Source: Escherichia coli (GTDB lineage Bacteria; Pseudomonadota; Gammaproteobacteria; Enterobacterales; Enterobacteriaceae). Taken from it: a DNA stretch of 64,000 nt. The notes below the pieces were generated by a model. It was not told the DNA's origin. It ran no database searches and saw only the letters and a list, made by a program, of their open reading frames with translations. The DNA lies in NCBI RefSeq assembly GCF_003018235.1, contig NZ_CP027437.1; one strand, given 5' to 3'. Position numbers and translations under genes: made by a program. Below are positions 10,788 to 23,242 of this stretch, piece after piece; the first letter of the stretch is position 1, and each line of letters starts with the position of its first letter.

Positions 10788-12326
10788 ATGGCTTTTGCCT
10801 CATTAATTGAACGCCAGCGCATTCGCCTGCTGCTGGCGTTATTATTCGGTGCCTGCGGAACGCTGGCCTTCTCTCCTTACGACGTCTGGCCTGCGGCGAT
10901 TATTTCGCTGATGGGGCTTCAGGCGCTGACCTTTAACCGCCGTCCACTCCAGTCTGCCGCTATTGGCTTTTGCTGGGGATTTGGCCTCTTTGGCAGCGGT
11001 ATTAACTGGGTCTATGTCAGCATCGCGACCTTTGGCGGAATGCCTGGCCCGGTTAACATCTTCCTGGTGGTACTGCTGGCGGCGTATTTGTCGCTGTATA
11101 CCGGATTATTTGCTGGCGTGCTGTCGCGTCTGTGGCCGAAAACCACCTGGCTGCGCGTGGCGATTGCCGCCCCTGCTCTCTGGCAAGTGACCGAGTTTCT
11201 GCGCGGTTGGGTGCTGACTGGTTTCCCGTGGTTACAGTTCGGCTATAGCCAGATTGATGGCCCGTTAAAAGGGCTGGCACCGATAATGGGCGTGGAAGCC
11301 ATTAACTTCCTGCTAATGATGGTTAGCGGCCTGCTGGCACTGGCGTTGGTTAAACGCAACTGGCGTCCGATGGTGGTGGCCGTCGTGCTGTTCGCCCTTC
11401 CCTTCCCGCTGCGTTACATCCAGTGGTTTACCCCGCAACCGGAGAAAACCATTCAGGTTTCGATGGTTCAGGGCGATATTCCGCAATCGCTGAAGTGGGA
11501 CGAAAGCCAGCTTCTTAATACGCTGAAAATTTATTACAACGCGACGGCACCGCTGATGGGCAAATCGTCGCTGATTATCTGGCCGGAGTCGGCGATAACC
11601 GATCTGGAAATTAATCAGCAACCGTTCCTCAAAGCACTGGACGGTGAGTTGCGTGATAAAGGTAGCTCGCTGGTAACCGGGATTGTCGACGCGCGTCTCA
11701 ATAAGCAGAACCGCTACGATACCTACAACACCATCATCACGCTGGGTAAAGGTGCACCGTACAGCTACGAATCAGCCGATCGCTATAACAAAAACCATCT
11801 GGTGCCGTTTGGCGAGTTTGTCCCGCTGGAGTCGATTCTGCGTCCGTTAGCGCCGTTCTTTGATCTGCCGATGTCGTCGTTCAGCCGTGGGCCATATATC
11901 CAGCCACCGCTGTCGGTAAACGGTATTGAGCTTACTGCGGCTATTTGCTACGAGATCATTCTTGGCGAGCAAGTGCGTGATAACTTCCGCCCGGATACCG
12001 ATTATCTGCTGACTATCTCCAACGATGCATGGTTTGGTAAGTCTATTGGTCCATGGCAGCACTTCCAGATGGCGCGAATGCGTGCGCTGGAGCTGGCGCG
12101 CCCGCTGCTACGCAGCACCAACAACGGCATTACGGCGGTGATTGGCCCGCAGGGTGAGATTCAGGCGATGATCCCGCAATTCACCCGCGAGGTGTTAACC
12201 ACTAACGTGACACCGACCACCGGACTCACACCGTACGCACGTACCGGCAACTGGCCGCTGTGGGTACTGACGGCACTGTTTGGTTTTGCTGCTGTGCTGA
12301 TGAGCCTGCGTCAACGACGTAAATAA
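10788..12326 (+). CDS. lnt: Apolipoprotein N-acyltransferase
   Basis: 512-aa ORF with N-terminal multi-TM region and C-terminal nitrilase-like domain. Confidence 0.95.
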   Translation: MAFASLIERQRIRLLLALLFGACGTLAFSPYDVWPAAIISLMGLQALTFNRRPLQSAAIGFCWGFGLFGSGINWVYVSIATFGGMPGPVNIFLVVLLAAYLSLYTGLFAGVLSRLWPKTTWLRVAIAAPALWQVTEFLRGWVLTGFPWLQFGYSQIDGPLKGLAPIMGVEAINFLLMMVSGLLALALVKRNWRPMVVAVVLFALPFPLRYIQWFTPQPEKTIQVSMVQGDIPQSLKWDESQLLNTLKIYYNATAPLMGKSSLIIWPESAITDLEINQQPFLKALDGELRDKGSSLVTGIVDARLNKQNRYDTYNTIITLGKGAPYSYESADRYNKNHLVPFGEFVPLESILRPLAPFFDLPMSSFSRGPYIQPPLSVNGIELTAAICYEIILGEQVRDNFRPDTDYLLTISNDAWFGKSIGPWQHFQMARMRALELARPLLRSTNNGITAVIGPQGEIQAMIPQFTREVLTTNVTPTTGLTPYARTGNWPLWVLTALFGFAAVLMSLRQRRK

Positions 12327-12372
12327 TCCCTTCTTATCGTGCCGGAATACATCCCGTATTTCGGCACGCTCA

Positions 12373-12408
12373 CCGGATGCGGCATCAGTGCGTTATCCGG
12401 ATTACAAA
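12373..12408. repeat. REP-like palindromic element
   Basis: accggatgcggcatcagtgcgttatccggattac resembles the REP consensus GCCGGATGCGGCG...TTATCCGGCCTAC. Confidence 0.45.
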
Positions 12409-12722
12409 ATTCCCCTATCCAACTTTGGCACATCTATTGCTTTGTTATACAAGGCAAAGCTTGAACCAGCATCAGTACAACCCGGTTGCACCACAGCAAT
12501 CCACGGGTAGCACCAAAAGAGTGCATTTTAAGAATTTTGCTTCGGAATGGTGCGGCGCATCTCGCAAAAACAAACAATAAAACAGCAATATCTTTACATT
12601 TAGCCAAACTAAATGTTACCTAACAAGCACAACACTGCACAATAAAGTTGCAGATGATAACAACACAAACACTCACAACGGGTATCCATGCGTTCTTAAC
12701 GCAGAAGATAAAGGAGTTGGAT

Positions 12723-13631
12723 ATGCAATTACGTAAACCTGCCACAGCAATCCTGGCCTTGGCGCTTTCCGCAGGACTGGCACAGGCAGATGACGCCGCC
12801 CCGGCAGCGGGCAGTACGCTGGACAAAATCGCCAAAAACGGTGTGATTGTCGTCGGTCACCGTGAATCTTCAGTACCTTTCTCTTATTACGACAATCAGC
12901 AAAAAGTGGTGGGTTACTCGCAGGATTACTCCAACGCCATTGTTGAAGCAGTGAAAAAGAAACTCAACAAACCGGACTTGCAGGTAAAACTGATTCCGAT
13001 CACCTCACAAAACCGTATTCCACTGCTGCAAAACGGCACTTTCGATTTTGAATGTGGTTCTACCACCAACAACGTCGAACGCCAAAAACAGGCGGCTTTC
13101 TCTGACACTATTTTCGTGGTCGGTACGCGCCTTCTGACCAAAAAGGGCGGCGATATCAAAGATTTTGCCGACCTGAAAGGCAAAGCCGTAGTCGTCACTT
13201 CCGGCACTACCTCTGAAGTTTTGCTCAACAAACTGAATGAAGAGCAAAAAATGAATATGCGAATTATCAGCGCCAAAGATCACGGTGACTCTTTCCGTAC
13301 CCTGGAAAGCGGTCGTGCCGTTGCCTTTATGATGGATGATGCTCTGCTGGCTGGTGAACGTGCGAAAGCGAAGAAACCAGACAACTGGGAAATCGTCGGC
13401 AAGCCGCAGTCTCAGGAAGCCTACGGTTGCATGTTGCGTAAAGACGATCCGCAGTTCAAAAAGCTGATGGATGACACCATCGCGCAGGTGCAGACCTCCG
13501 GTGAAGCGGAAAAATGGTTTGATAAATGGTTCAAAAATCCAATTCCGCCGAAAAACCTGAACATGAATTTCGAACTGTCAGACGAAATGAAAGCACTGTT
13601 CAAAGAACCGAATGACAAGGCACTGAACTAA
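12723..13631 (+). CDS. gltI: Periplasmic glutamate/aspartate-binding protein
   Basis: 302-aa protein starting MQLRKPATAILALALSAGLAQA (signal peptide) after AAGGAG SD; track ORF 12648 is an N-terminal extension. Confidence 0.93.
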   Translation: MQLRKPATAILALALSAGLAQADDAAPAAGSTLDKIAKNGVIVVGHRESSVPFSYYDNQQKVVGYSQDYSNAIVEAVKKKLNKPDLQVKLIPITSQNRIPLLQNGTFDFECGSTTNNVERQKQAAFSDTIFVVGTRLLTKKGGDIKDFADLKGKAVVVTSGTTSEVLLNKLNEEQKMNMRIISAKDHGDSFRTLESGRAVAFMMDDALLAGERAKAKKPDNWEIVGKPQSQEAYGCMLRKDDPQFKKLMDDTIAQVQTSGEAEKWFDKWFKNPIPPKNLNMNFELSDEMKALFKEPNDKALN

Positions 13632-13788
13632 TTACAAGAACCAGGGGCGGAAATTCCAGCCCTCTCGATTGTTACGTAGCACGGACAGACTATACGCCTG
13701 ATGGTCGTTCCCCATCGGGCCTGAAAACCGCAATACGCTGGGTAACAATCTTCGAGGGTAGCAGTTAACGCTGCTACCCTCTTTTTTC
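13632..13788 (+). ncRNA. sroC: SroC-like small RNA from the gltI-gltJ spacer
   Basis: Location between gltI stop and gltJ start; 9-bp stem hairpin GGGTAGCAG/CTGCTACCC (13756-13779) followed by TCTTTTTT; 5' end is approximate. Confidence 0.55.
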
Positions 13789-13800
13789 TGGAGTAGATTT

Positions 13801-14541
13801 ATGTCTATAGACTGGAACTGGGGTATTTTTTTACAACAAGCCCCGTTCGGCAACACCACCTATCTTGGTTGGATCTGGAGTGGTTTTCAGGTGACGATCG
13901 CTTTGTCGATCTGCGCCTGGATTATCGCTTTCCTCGTCGGTTCATTTTTCGGCATTTTACGTACCGTTCCAAACCGTTTTCTCTCCGGTCTGGGTACGTT
14001 GTATGTCGAACTGTTCCGCAACGTGCCGTTGATTGTGCAATTCTTTACCTGGTATCTGGTGATCCCGGAGTTGCTGCCAGAGAAAATCGGCATGTGGTTT
14101 AAGGCCGAGCTGGATCCCAATATTCAGTTTTTCCTTTCATCCATGCTCTGCCTTGGGCTGTTTACCGCCGCCCGTGTTTGCGAACAGGTACGCGCCGCGA
14201 TTCAGTCGCTGCCGCGTGGGCAGAAGAATGCCGCGCTGGCGATGGGTCTGACACTACCGCAGGCTTACCGCTACGTACTGCTGCCTAATGCTTATCGCGT
14301 TATCGTCCCGCCGATGACCTCAGAGATGATGAACCTGGTGAAAAACTCCGCCATCGCCTCGACTATCGGTCTGGTGGATATGGCGGCGCAGGCGGGTAAA
14401 TTGCTCGATTACTCGGCCCACGCCTGGGAGTCGTTTACCGCCATTACGCTGGCGTATGTATTGATTAACGCTTTTATCATGCTGGTGATGACGCTGGTTG
14501 AACGTAAAGTTCGCCTGCCCGGCAACATGGGGGGCAAATAA
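13801..14541 (+). CDS. gltJ: Glutamate/aspartate ABC transporter permease
   Basis: 246-aa polytopic membrane ORF downstream of gltI. Confidence 0.93.
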
Positions 14542-15215
14542 TGTACGAGTTTGACTGGAGTTCCATTGTCCCTTCCCTGCCATATCTGCTGGATGGGCTG
14601 GTGATCACCCTGAAAATCACCGTCACGGCAGTGGTGATTGGTATTTTATGGGGCACCATGCTGGCGGTGATGCGCTTATCCAGCTTTGCGCCCGTAGCGT
14701 GGTTTGCCAAAGCCTACGTTAACGTATTCCGCTCGATTCCTTTAGTTATGGTTTTGCTGTGGTTTTACCTGATCGTGCCGGGTTTTCTGCAAAACGTGCT
14801 GGGATTATCGCCAAAAAATGATATCCGTTTAATTTCGGCAATGGTGGCGTTTTCGATGTTTGAAGCGGCCTACTATTCAGAGATTATCCGTGCCGGTATT
14901 CAAAGTATTTCCCGTGGTCAGTCGAGCGCCGCGCTGGCGTTGGGGATGACTCACTGGCAGTCGATGAAACTGATTATTCTGCCGCAGGCGTTCCGCGCGA
15001 TGGTGCCGCTGCTGCTCACTCAGGGCATCGTACTGTTCCAGGATACCTCACTGGTGTATGTGTTATCTCTGGCCGATTTCTTCCGTACCGCTTCAACCAT
15101 TGGTGAGCGTGATGGTACGCAGGTCGAGATGATCCTGTTTGCCGGATTTGTTTATTTCGTTATTAGCCTTAGCGCGTCGTTGTTGGTCAGCTACTTGAAA
15201 AGAAGGACAGCATAA
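14541..15215 (+). CDS. gltK: Glutamate/aspartate ABC transporter permease
   Basis: 224-aa membrane ORF; start overlaps gltJ stop. Confidence 0.93.
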
Positions 15216-15940
15216 TGATTACCCTGAAAAATGTTTCAAAATGGTATGGTCACTTTCAGGTGCTGACCGACTGCTCAACCGAAGTGAAAAAAGGCGAAGT
15301 GGTGGTGGTTTGCGGCCCGTCTGGTTCCGGCAAATCAACGCTGATTAAAACCGTCAACGGCCTCGAACCGGTGCAGCAAGGTGAAATTACCGTCGATGGT
15401 ATCGTGGTTAACGATAAGAAAACCGATCTGGCAAAGCTGCGTTCCCGCGTCGGGATGGTGTTCCAGCATTTCGAGTTGTTCCCCCATTTGTCGATTATCG
15501 AAAACCTGACCCTGGCGCAGGTGAAAGTGCTTAAACGCGATAAAGCGCCCGCTCGTGAAAAAGCATTGAAATTGCTGGAGCGCGTGGGACTTTCCGCACA
15601 TGCCAATAAATTTCCGGCGCAGCTTTCCGGCGGTCAGCAGCAGCGTGTGGCGATCGCTCGCGCATTGTGTATGGATCCTATTGCCATGCTGTTCGACGAA
15701 CCGACATCGGCGCTGGATCCGGAGATGATCAACGAAGTGCTGGACGTGATGGTGGAACTGGCGAACGAAGGAATGACCATGATGGTGGTGACCCACGAAA
15801 TGGGCTTTGCCCGTAAAGTGGCGAATCGGGTGATCTTTATGGATGAGGGTAAAATTGTCGAAGACTCGCCGAAAGATGCGTTCTTCGATGATCCGAAATC
15901 GGACCGCGCAAAAGACTTCCTCGCGAAAATCCTGCATTAA
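15215..15940 (+). CDS. gltL: Glutamate/aspartate ABC transporter ATP-binding protein
   Basis: 241-aa ORF with Walker [13 protein letters not shown] signature LSGGQQQR, Walker [12 protein letters not shown]. Confidence 0.95.
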   Translation: MITLKNVSKWYGHFQVLTDCSTEVKKGEVVVVCGPSGSGKSTLIKTVNGLEPVQQGEITVDGIVVNDKKTDLAKLRSRVGMVFQHFELFPHLSIIENLTLAQVKVLKRDKAPAREKALKLLERVGLSAHANKFPAQLSGGQQQRVAIARALCMDPIAMLFDEPTSALDPEMINEVLDVMVELANEGMTMMVVTHEMGFARKVANRVIFMDEGKIVEDSPKDAFFDDPKSDRAKDFLAKILH

Positions 15941-16057
15941 TCACTCTGGCGCGCATACCCAAGTGCGCGCCATCTCACGCTTTATCGTTTCGCTCCTCGT
16001 ATCTGTTACATCCTGGCGTTACCCTTGTCGCAAAGAAGCACACAACAAGGAGCAACA

Positions 16058-16993
16058 ATGGCACTGCCAATTCTGTTAGATTGCGACCCAGGTCATGATG
16101 ACGCTATCGCAATAGTTCTCGCCCTCGCCTCACCAGAGCTTGATGTCAAAGCAATTACGTCTTCCGCCGGAAACCAGACACCAGAAAAAACCTTACGCAA
16201 TGTTCTGCGTATGCTGACCTTGCTTAATCGCACCGATATTCCGGTGGCAGGCGGCGCGGTAAAACCGTTAATGCGTGAGTTGATTATCGCGGACAATGTG
16301 CACGGTGAAAGCGGTCTCGACGGCCCGGCATTACCGGAACCGACGTTCGCACCGCAAAACTGTACGGCGGTGGAGCTGATGGCGAAAACGCTGCGTGAAA
16401 GTGAGGAACCTGTCACGATTGTGTCTACCGGACCGCAAACTAACGTTGCCTTGCTGCTCAATAGCCATCCGGAACTGCATAGCAAAATCGCCCGTATCGT
16501 GATTATGGGCGGCGCAATGGGGCTTGGTAACTGGACGCCAGCCGCCGAGTTTAATATTTATGTTGACCCGGAAGCGGCAGAAATTGTTTTCCAGTCAGGG
16601 ATCCCGGTGGTGATGGCCGGTCTGGATGTTACTCATAAAGCGCAAATCCACGTTGAAGACACCGAGCGTTTCCGCGCGATTGGCAACCCTGTTTCAACCA
16701 TTGTTGCCGAACTGCTGGATTTCTTCCTCGAATATCATAAAGACGAAAAATGGGGTTTTGTCGGCGCACCGCTGCATGACCCATGCACCATCGCCTGGCT
16801 GTTGAAACCGGAGTTGTTTACCACTGTTGAGCGCTGGGTTGGCGTGGAAACACAAGGGAAATATACCCAGGGTATGACGGTTGTTGATTATTATTATCTG
16901 ACTGGCAATAAACCGAATGCCACTGTAATGGTCGATGTTGATCGTCAGGGCTTTGTTGATTTACTGGCTGATCGTCTGAAATTTTACGCTTAA
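16058..16993 (+). CDS. rihA: Pyrimidine-specific ribonucleoside hydrolase
   Basis: 311-aa protein [16 protein letters not shown] (nucleoside hydrolase DxDxxxDD motif); AAGGAG SD; track ORF 16025 is an extension. Confidence 0.93.
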   Translation: MALPILLDCDPGHDDAIAIVLALASPELDVKAITSSAGNQTPEKTLRNVLRMLTLLNRTDIPVAGGAVKPLMRELIIADNVHGESGLDGPALPEPTFAPQNCTAVELMAKTLRESEEPVTIVSTGPQTNVALLLNSHPELHSKIARIVIMGGAMGLGNWTPAAEFNIYVDPEAAEIVFQSGIPVVMAGLDVTHKAQIHVEDTERFRAIGNPVSTIVAELLDFFLEYHKDEKWGFVGAPLHDPCTIAWLLKPELFTTVERWVGVETQGKYTQGMTVVDYYYLTGNKPNATVMVDVDRQGFVDLLADRLKFYA

Positions 16994-16997
16994 TCAC

Positions 16998-17023
16998 TCG
17001 CCGGATGACATCACGCCATCCGG
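16998..17023. terminator. Bidirectional hairpin between convergent rihA and ybeL
   Basis: GCCGGATGACATCACGCCATCCGGC inverted repeat in the 44-bp spacer. Confidence 0.5.
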
Positions 17024-17037
17024 CACCACTCATTTCA

Positions 17038-17520
17038 TTACGGCTCGAACGGGCGTCTCTGGAACTGGTCATGACCACATTTCGGGCATAGCGTCAGCAC
17101 TTCCGGTGTATAGATCGGGAGATGGAAATGACATTTCTCGCAGACCAGATTACCCAGCCCTACCACTTCTCCGCTGTGATAAACCCCGTGATGATTGAGG
17201 TCCTGGAAAACTTCGCGCCATTCAAGCTGCGTTTTATCGGTGATGTCTGCCAGCTCCTGCCACAAGCTTTCTTTAATCACCCGCATAAAGACGCTGTCAG
17301 ACTCTTCTTTCAGGCTCTCTTCATAGCTCATGGCGAACTCTTCCAGGTCACGTCTGACAGCTCGCGTCAGCTCATCGACTTCGGTTCGCGTTAACTCCCC
17401 TGTTTTTATTACGCGCTCGCGCGCCTGTTCCACCAGTGCGTCGATATCACGTTCGCCATTGCGCAGGCGTTCGCTCAGTGACGCGACCAGTTCACGGTAA
17501 TATTGAGCAACCTTGTTCAT
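17038..17520 (-). CDS. ybeL: DUF1451 protein with C-terminal zinc-ribbon (CxxC...CxxC)
   Basis: 160-aa ORF MNKVAQYYRELVASLSERLRNGERDIDALVEQ...; cysteine pairs CEKCHFH and CPKCGH. Confidence 0.85.
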   Translation of the reverse strand: MNKVAQYYRELVASLSERLRNGERDIDALVEQARERVIKTGELTRTEVDELTRAVRRDLEEFAMSYEESLKEESDSVFMRVIKESLWQELADITDKTQLEWREVFQDLNHHGVYHSGEVVGLGNLVCEKCHFHLPIYTPEVLTLCPKCGHDQFQRRPFEP

Positions 17521-17754
17521 CGTTTCATCTCCCGGGTCGTTAACTGACTATAATAATAGACGTTCTTTGTTCCTTGCTTTGCTAATACGCCCACAAACTC
17601 TGTAAATTAATGTATGAATAATCCGGGCATCATTTCAACGTCGAATGCGCGAAAGGCTGTTTTGACGCGGACGTTTGGGCTATGCTATGCGGATCTGAAA
17701 AACCACCTCAACGCTACATTTGTAGCCGTATTGAAAACAGGACCACTGGCTGCC

Positions 17755-20337
17755 ATGCAAGAGCAATACCGCCCGGAAGAGATAGAATCCAAAGTACAGC
17801 TTCATTGGGATGAGAAGCGCACATTTGAAGTAACCGAAGACGAGAGCAAAGAGAAGTATTACTGCCTGTCTATGCTTCCCTATCCTTCTGGTCGACTACA
17901 CATGGGCCACGTACGTAACTACACCATCGGTGACGTGATCGCCCGCTACCAGCGTATGCTGGGCAAAAACGTCCTGCAGCCGATCGGCTGGGACGCGTTT
18001 GGTCTGCCTGCGGAAGGCGCGGCGGTGAAAAACAACACCGCACCGGCACCGTGGACGTACGACAACATCGCGTACATGAAAAACCAGCTCAAAATGCTGG
18101 GCTTTGGTTATGACTGGAGCCGCGAGCTGGCAACCTGTACACCGGAATACTACCGTTGGGAACAGAAATTCTTCACCGAGCTGTATAAAAAAGGCCTGGT
18201 ATATAAGAAGACTTCTGCAGTCAACTGGTGCCCGAACGACCAGACCGTACTGGCGAACGAACAAGTTATCGACGGCTGCTGCTGGCGCTGCGATACCAAA
18301 GTTGAGCGTAAAGAGATCCCGCAATGGTTTATCAAAATCACCGCTTACGCTGACGAGCTGCTCAACGATCTGGATAAACTGGATCACTGGCCAGACACCG
18401 TTAAAACCATGCAGCGTAACTGGATTGGTCGTTCCGAAGGCGTAGAAATCACTTTCAACGTTAACGACTATGACAACACGCTGACCGTTTACACTACCCG
18501 CCCGGACACCTTTATGGGTTGTACCTACCTGGCGGTAGCGGCAGGTCATCCGCTGGCGCAGAAAGCGGCGGAAAATAATCCTGAACTGGCCGCCTTTATT
18601 GACGAATGCCGTAACACCAAAGTTGCCGAAGCTGAAATGGCAACGATGGAGAAAAAAGGCGTCGATACTGGCTTTAAAGCGGTTCACCCATTAACGGGCG
18701 AAGAAATTCCCGTTTGGGCAGCAAACTTCGTATTGATGGAGTACGGCACGGGCGCAGTTATGGCGGTTCCGGGTCACGACCAGCGCGACTACGAGTTTGC
18801 CTCTAAATACGGCCTGAACATCAAACCGGTTATCCTGGCAGCTGACGGCTCTGAGCCAGATCTTTCTCAGCAAGCCCTGACTGAAAAAGGCGTTCTGTTC
18901 AACTCTGGCGAGTTCAACGGTCTTGACCATGAAGCGGCCTTCAACGCTATCGCCGATAAACTGACTGCGATGGGCGTTGGCGAGCGTAAAGTGAACTACC
19001 GCCTGCGCGACTGGGGTGTTTCCCGTCAACGTTACTGGGGCGCGCCGATTCCGATGGTGACGCTGGAAGACGGTACCGTAATGCCGACCCCGGACGACCA
19101 GCTGCCGGTGATCCTGCCGGAAGATGTGGTGATGGACGGTATTACCAGCCCGATTAAAGCAGATCCGGAGTGGGCAAAAACTACGGTTAACGGTATGCCA
19201 GCGCTGCGTGAAACCGACACTTTCGACACCTTTATGGAGTCCTCCTGGTACTATGCGCGCTACACTTGCCCGGAGTACAAAGAAGGTATGCTGGATTCCA
19301 AAGCGGCTAACTACTGGCTGCCGGTGGATATCTACATTGGTGGTATCGAACACGCCATTATGCACCTGCTCTACTTCCGCTTCTTCCACAAACTGATGCG
19401 TGATGCAGGCATGGTGAACTCTGACGAACCAGCGAAACAGTTGCTGTGTCAGGGTATGGTGCTGGCAGATGCCTTCTACTATGTTGGCGAAAACGGCGAA
19501 CGTAACTGGGTTTCCCCGGTTGATGCTATCGTTGAACGTGACGAGAAAGGCCGTATCGTGAAAGCGAAAGATGCGGCAGGCCATGAACTGGTTTATACCG
19601 GCATGAGCAAAATGTCCAAGTCGAAGAACAACGGTATCGACCCGCAGGTGATGGTTGAACGTTACGGCGCGGACACCGTTCGTCTGTTTATGATGTTTGC
19701 TTCTCCGGCTGATATGACTCTCGAATGGCAGGAATCCGGCGTGGAAGGGGCTAACCGCTTCCTGAAACGTGTCTGGAAACTGGTTTACGAGCACACAGCG
19801 AAAGGTGATGTTGCGGCACTGAACGTTGATGCGCTGACTGAAGATCAGAAAGCGCTGCGTCGCGATGTGCATAAAACGATCGCTAAAGTGACCGATGATA
19901 TCGGCCGTCGTCAGACCTTCAACACCGCAATTGCGGCGATTATGGAGCTGATGAACAAACTGGCGAAAGCACCGACCGATGGCGAGCAGGACCGCGCCCT
20001 GATGCAGGAAGCGCTGCTGGCGGTAGTCCGTATGCTTAACCCGTTCACCCCGCACATCTGCTTCACGCTGTGGCAGGAACTGAAAGGCGAAGGCGATATC
20101 GACAACGCACCGTGGCCGGTTGCTGACGAAAAAGCGATGGTGGAAGACTCCACGCTGGTCGTGGTGCAGGTTAACGGTAAAGTCCGTGCAAAAATCACCG
20201 TTCCGGTGGACGCAACGGAAGAACAGGTTCGCGAACGTGCTGGCCAGGAACATCTGGTAGCAAAATATCTTGATGGCGTTACCGTGCGTAAAGTGATTTA
20301 CGTACCCGGTAAACTCCTCAATCTGGTCGTTGGCTAA
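17755..20337 (+). CDS. leuS: Leucyl-tRNA synthetase
   Basis: 860-aa protein from [15 protein letters not shown]; HMGH and KMSKS class I motifs; track ORF 17614 has a 47-codon upstream extension. Confidence 0.96.
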   Translation: MQEQYRPEEIESKVQLHWDEKRTFEVTEDESKEKYYCLSMLPYPSGRLHMGHVRNYTIGDVIARYQRMLGKNVLQPIGWDAFGLPAEGAAVKNNTAPAPWTYDNIAYMKNQLKMLGFGYDWSRELATCTPEYYRWEQKFFTELYKKGLVYKKTSAVNWCPNDQTVLANEQVIDGCCWRCDTKVERKEIPQWFIKITAYADELLNDLDKLDHWPDTVKTMQRNWIGRSEGVEITFNVNDYDNTLTVYTTRPDTFMGCTYLAVAAGHPLAQKAAENNPELAAFIDECRNTKVAEAEMATMEKKGVDTGFKAVHPLTGEEIPVWAANFVLMEYGTGAVMAVPGHDQRDYEFASKYGLNIKPVILAADGSEPDLSQQALTEKGVLFNSGEFNGLDHEAAFNAIADKLTAMGVGERKVNYRLRDWGVSRQRYWGAPIPMVTLEDGTVMPTPDDQLPVILPEDVVMDGITSPIKADPEWAKTTVNGMPALRETDTFDTFMESSWYYARYTCPEYKEGMLDSKAANYWLPVDIYIGGIEHAIMHLLYFRFFHKLMRDAGMVNSDEPAKQLLCQGMVLADAFYYVGENGERNWVSPVDAIVERDEKGRIVKAKDAAGHELVYTGMSKMSKSKNNGIDPQVMVERYGADTVRLFMMFASPADMTLEWQESGVEGANRFLKRVWKLVYEHTAKGDVAALNVDALTEDQKALRRDVHKTIAKVTDDIGRRQTFNTAIAAIMELMNKLAKAPTDGEQDRALMQEALLAVVRMLNPFTPHICFTLWQELKGEGDIDNAPWPVADEKAMVEDSTLVVVQVNGKVRAKITVPVDATEEQVRERAGQEHLVAKYLDGVTVRKVIYVPGKLLNLVVG

Positions 20338-20351
20338 GCGCGGGAGGAAGC

Positions 20352-20933
20352 GTGCGATATCTGGCAACATTGTTGTTATCTCTGGCGGTGTTAATCACCG
20401 CCGGGTGTGGCTGGCATCTGCGTGATACCACGCAGGTTCCTTCCACTATGAAGGTCATGATCCTGGACTCAGGCGATCCGAACGGGCCATTAAGCCGTGC
20501 GGTGCGTAACCAGTTACGTCTGAATGGTGTCGAGTTGCTTGATAAAGAAACCACGCGTAAGGACGTTCCATCCCTGCGTTTGGGTAAAGTGAGCATCGCG
20601 AAAGATACCGCATCGGTATTCCGTAACGGTCAAACAGCAGAGTATCAGATGATCATGACGGTCAATGCGACCGTGTTGATCCCCGGCCGTGACATCTACC
20701 CGATTAGCGCCAAAGTCTTCCGTTCGTTCTTCGATAACCCGCAAATGGCGTTAGCGAAAGATAACGAACAAGACATGATCGTAAAAGAGATGTACGACCG
20801 TGCTGCCGAACAGCTGATTCGTAAGCTGCCAAGCATCCGTGCTGCGGATATTCGTTCCGACGAAGAACAGACGTCGACCACAACGGATACTCCGGCAACG
20901 CCTGCACGCGTCTCTACCACGCTGGGTAACTGA
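20352..20933 (+). CDS. lptE: LPS assembly lipoprotein LptE
   Basis: 193-aa ORF, GTG start, lipobox LITAGC; directly downstream of leuS. Confidence 0.93.
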
Positions 20934-21964
20934 TGATTCGGTTGTACCCGGAACAACTCCGCGCGCAGCTCAATGAAGGGCTGCGCGCGGCGTATCTTTT
21001 ACTTGGTAACGATCCTCTGTTATTGCAGGAAAGCCAGGACGCTATTCGTCAGGTCGCTGCGGCGCAAGGGTTCGAAGAACACCACACTTTTTCCATTGAT
21101 CCCAACACCGACTGGAATGCGATTTTTTCGTTATGCCAGGCCATGAGCCTGTTTGCCAGTCGACAAACGCTATTGCTGTTGTTACCCGAAAACGGACCGA
21201 ATGCGGCGATCAATGAACAACTTCTCACACTCACCGGACTTCTGCATGACGACCTGCTGTTGATCGTCCGCGGTAATAAATTAAGCAAAGCGCAAGAAAA
21301 TGCCGCCTGGTTTACTGCTCTTGCGAATCGCAGCGTGCAGGTGACCTGTCAGACACCGGAGCAGGCTCAGCTTCCCCGCTGGGTTGCTGCGCGTGCAAAA
21401 CAGCTCAACTTAGAACTGGATGACGCGGCAAACCAAGTGCTCTGCTACTGTTATGAAGGTAACCTGCTGGCGCTGGCTCAGGCACTGGAGCGTTTATCGC
21501 TACTCTGGCCAGACGGCAAACTGACATTACCTCGCGTTGAACAGGCGGTGAATGATGCCGCGCATTTCACCCCTTTTCATTGGGTTGATGCTTTGTTGAT
21601 GGGAAAAAGTAAGCGCGCGTTGCATATTCTTCAGCAACTGCGTCTGGAAGGCAGCGAACCGGTTATTTTGTTGCGCACATTACAACGTGAACTGTTGTTA
21701 CTGGTTAACCTGAAACGCCAGTCTGCCCATACGCCACTGCGTGCGTTGTTTGATAAGCATCGGGTATGGCAGAACCGCCGGGGCATGATGGGCGAGGCGT
21801 TAAATCGCTTAAGCCAGCCGCAGTTACGTCAGGCCGTGCAACTCCTGACACGAACGGAACTCACCCTCAAACAAGATTACGGTCAGTCAGTGTGGGCAGA
21901 GCTGGAAGAGTTATCTCTTCTGTTATGCCATAAACCCCTGGCGGACGTATTTATCGACGGTTGA
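20933..21964 (+). CDS. holA: DNA polymerase III delta subunit
   Basis: 343-aa ORF; start overlaps lptE stop. Confidence 0.93.
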
Positions 21965-21965
21965 T

Positions 21966-22607
21966 ATGAAATCTTTACAGGCTCTGTTTGGCGGCACCTT
22001 TGATCCGGTGCACTATGGTCATCTTAAACCCGTGGAAACGCTGGCGAATTTGATTGGTCTGACGCGGGTCACAATCATCCCTAATAATGTTCCTCCGCAT
22101 CGTCCCCAGCCGGAAGCGAACAGCGTGCAGCGTAAACACATGCTTGAACTGGCGATTGCCGACAAGCCATTATTTACTCTTGATGAACGCGAGCTAAAGC
22201 GCAATGCCCCCTCTTACACTGCGCAAACACTGAAAGAGTGGCGGCAGGAACAAGGGCCGGACGTGCCGCTGGCGTTTATTATTGGTCAGGATTCACTGCT
22301 GACCTTTCCGACCTGGTACGAATACGAAACGATACTCGACAATGCACATTTGATCGTCTGTCGGCGTCCAGGTTACCCACTTGAAATGGCGCAACCGCAA
22401 TACCAGCAATGGCTGGAAGATCATTTGACACATAACCCGGAAGATCTTCACCTTCAGCCTGCCGGTAAAATTTATCTGGCTGAAACGCCGTGGTTTAACA
22501 TCTCCGCGACCATCATCCGCGAACGTTTGCAAAACGGTGAATCGTGTGAGGATTTATTGCCGGAACCGGTACTGACTTACATTAACCAACAAGGCTTGTA
22601 TCGCTGA
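21966..22607 (+). CDS. nadD: Nicotinate-nucleotide adenylyltransferase
   Basis: 213-aa ORF with [11 protein letters not shown] nucleotidyltransferase motif. Confidence 0.95.
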
Positions 22608-22627
22608 TACCTGTCGTTACGGAGGGC

Positions 22628-23242
22628 ATGATGCGACTGTGGTTAATTCGTCATGGTGAAACGCAAGCGAATATCGATGGTCTGTACAGCGGTCATGCTC
22701 CCACACCCCTGACTGCGCGCGGTATTGAGCAAGCGCAAAATCTGCATACGCTGCTACATGGTGTTTCCTTTGACCTGGTTTTATGCAGTGAACTGGAACG
22801 GGCACAGCATACCGCGCGACTGGTTATCAGTGATCGCCAGCTCCCCGTGCAAATCATCCCTGAACTCAACGAAATGTTTTTTGGCGACTGGGAGATGCGA
22901 CATCATCGCGACCTCATGCAAGAAGATGCCGAAAACTATAGCGCGTGGTGCAATGACTGGCAGCATGCTATCCCCACGAACGGTGAAGGATTTCAGGCAT
23001 TTTCACAACGTGTGGAACGGTTTATCGCAAGGCTTAGTGAATTTCAGCACTATCAGAATATTTTAGTCGTCAGCCATCAGGGTGTACTGAGTCTGTTAAT
23101 CGCCCGTTTAATTGGTATGCCTGCCGAAGCTATGTGGCATTTTCGCGTTGACCAGGGGTGTTGGAGCGCCATTGATATCAACCAAAAATTCGCGACGCTA
23201 CGCGTCCTCAATAGCCGTGCCATCGGGGTCGAGAATGCATGA
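22628..23242 (+). CDS. cobC: Histidine-phosphatase-family alpha-ribazole phosphatase
   Basis: About 203-aa ORF with RHGET catalytic motif; start may be ATG 22631. Confidence 0.9.
   Translation: MMRLWLIRHGETQANIDGLYSGHAPTPLTARGIEQAQNLHTLLHGVSFDLVLCSELERAQHTARLVISDRQLPVQIIPELNEMFFGDWEMRHHRDLMQEDAENYSAWCNDWQHAIPTNGEGFQAFSQRVERFIARLSEFQHYQNILVVSHQGVLSLLIARLIGMPAEAMWHFRVDQGCWSAIDINQKFATLRVLNSRAIGVENA

Noticed and set aside
12377-12580. 67-aa ORF between lnt and gltI
   Set aside because: It overlaps a REP-like element and the gltI promoter region and has no RBS or recognisable fold. Treated as noncoding.
18691-20370. 559-aa ORF on the minus strand, plus a 263-aa ORF at 17896..18687
   Set aside because: Both lie entirely antisense to leuS, whose aminoacyl-tRNA synthetase motifs are unambiguous on the plus strand. 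Long antisense frames are common in GC-balanced, highly expressed genes and show no recognisable domains.
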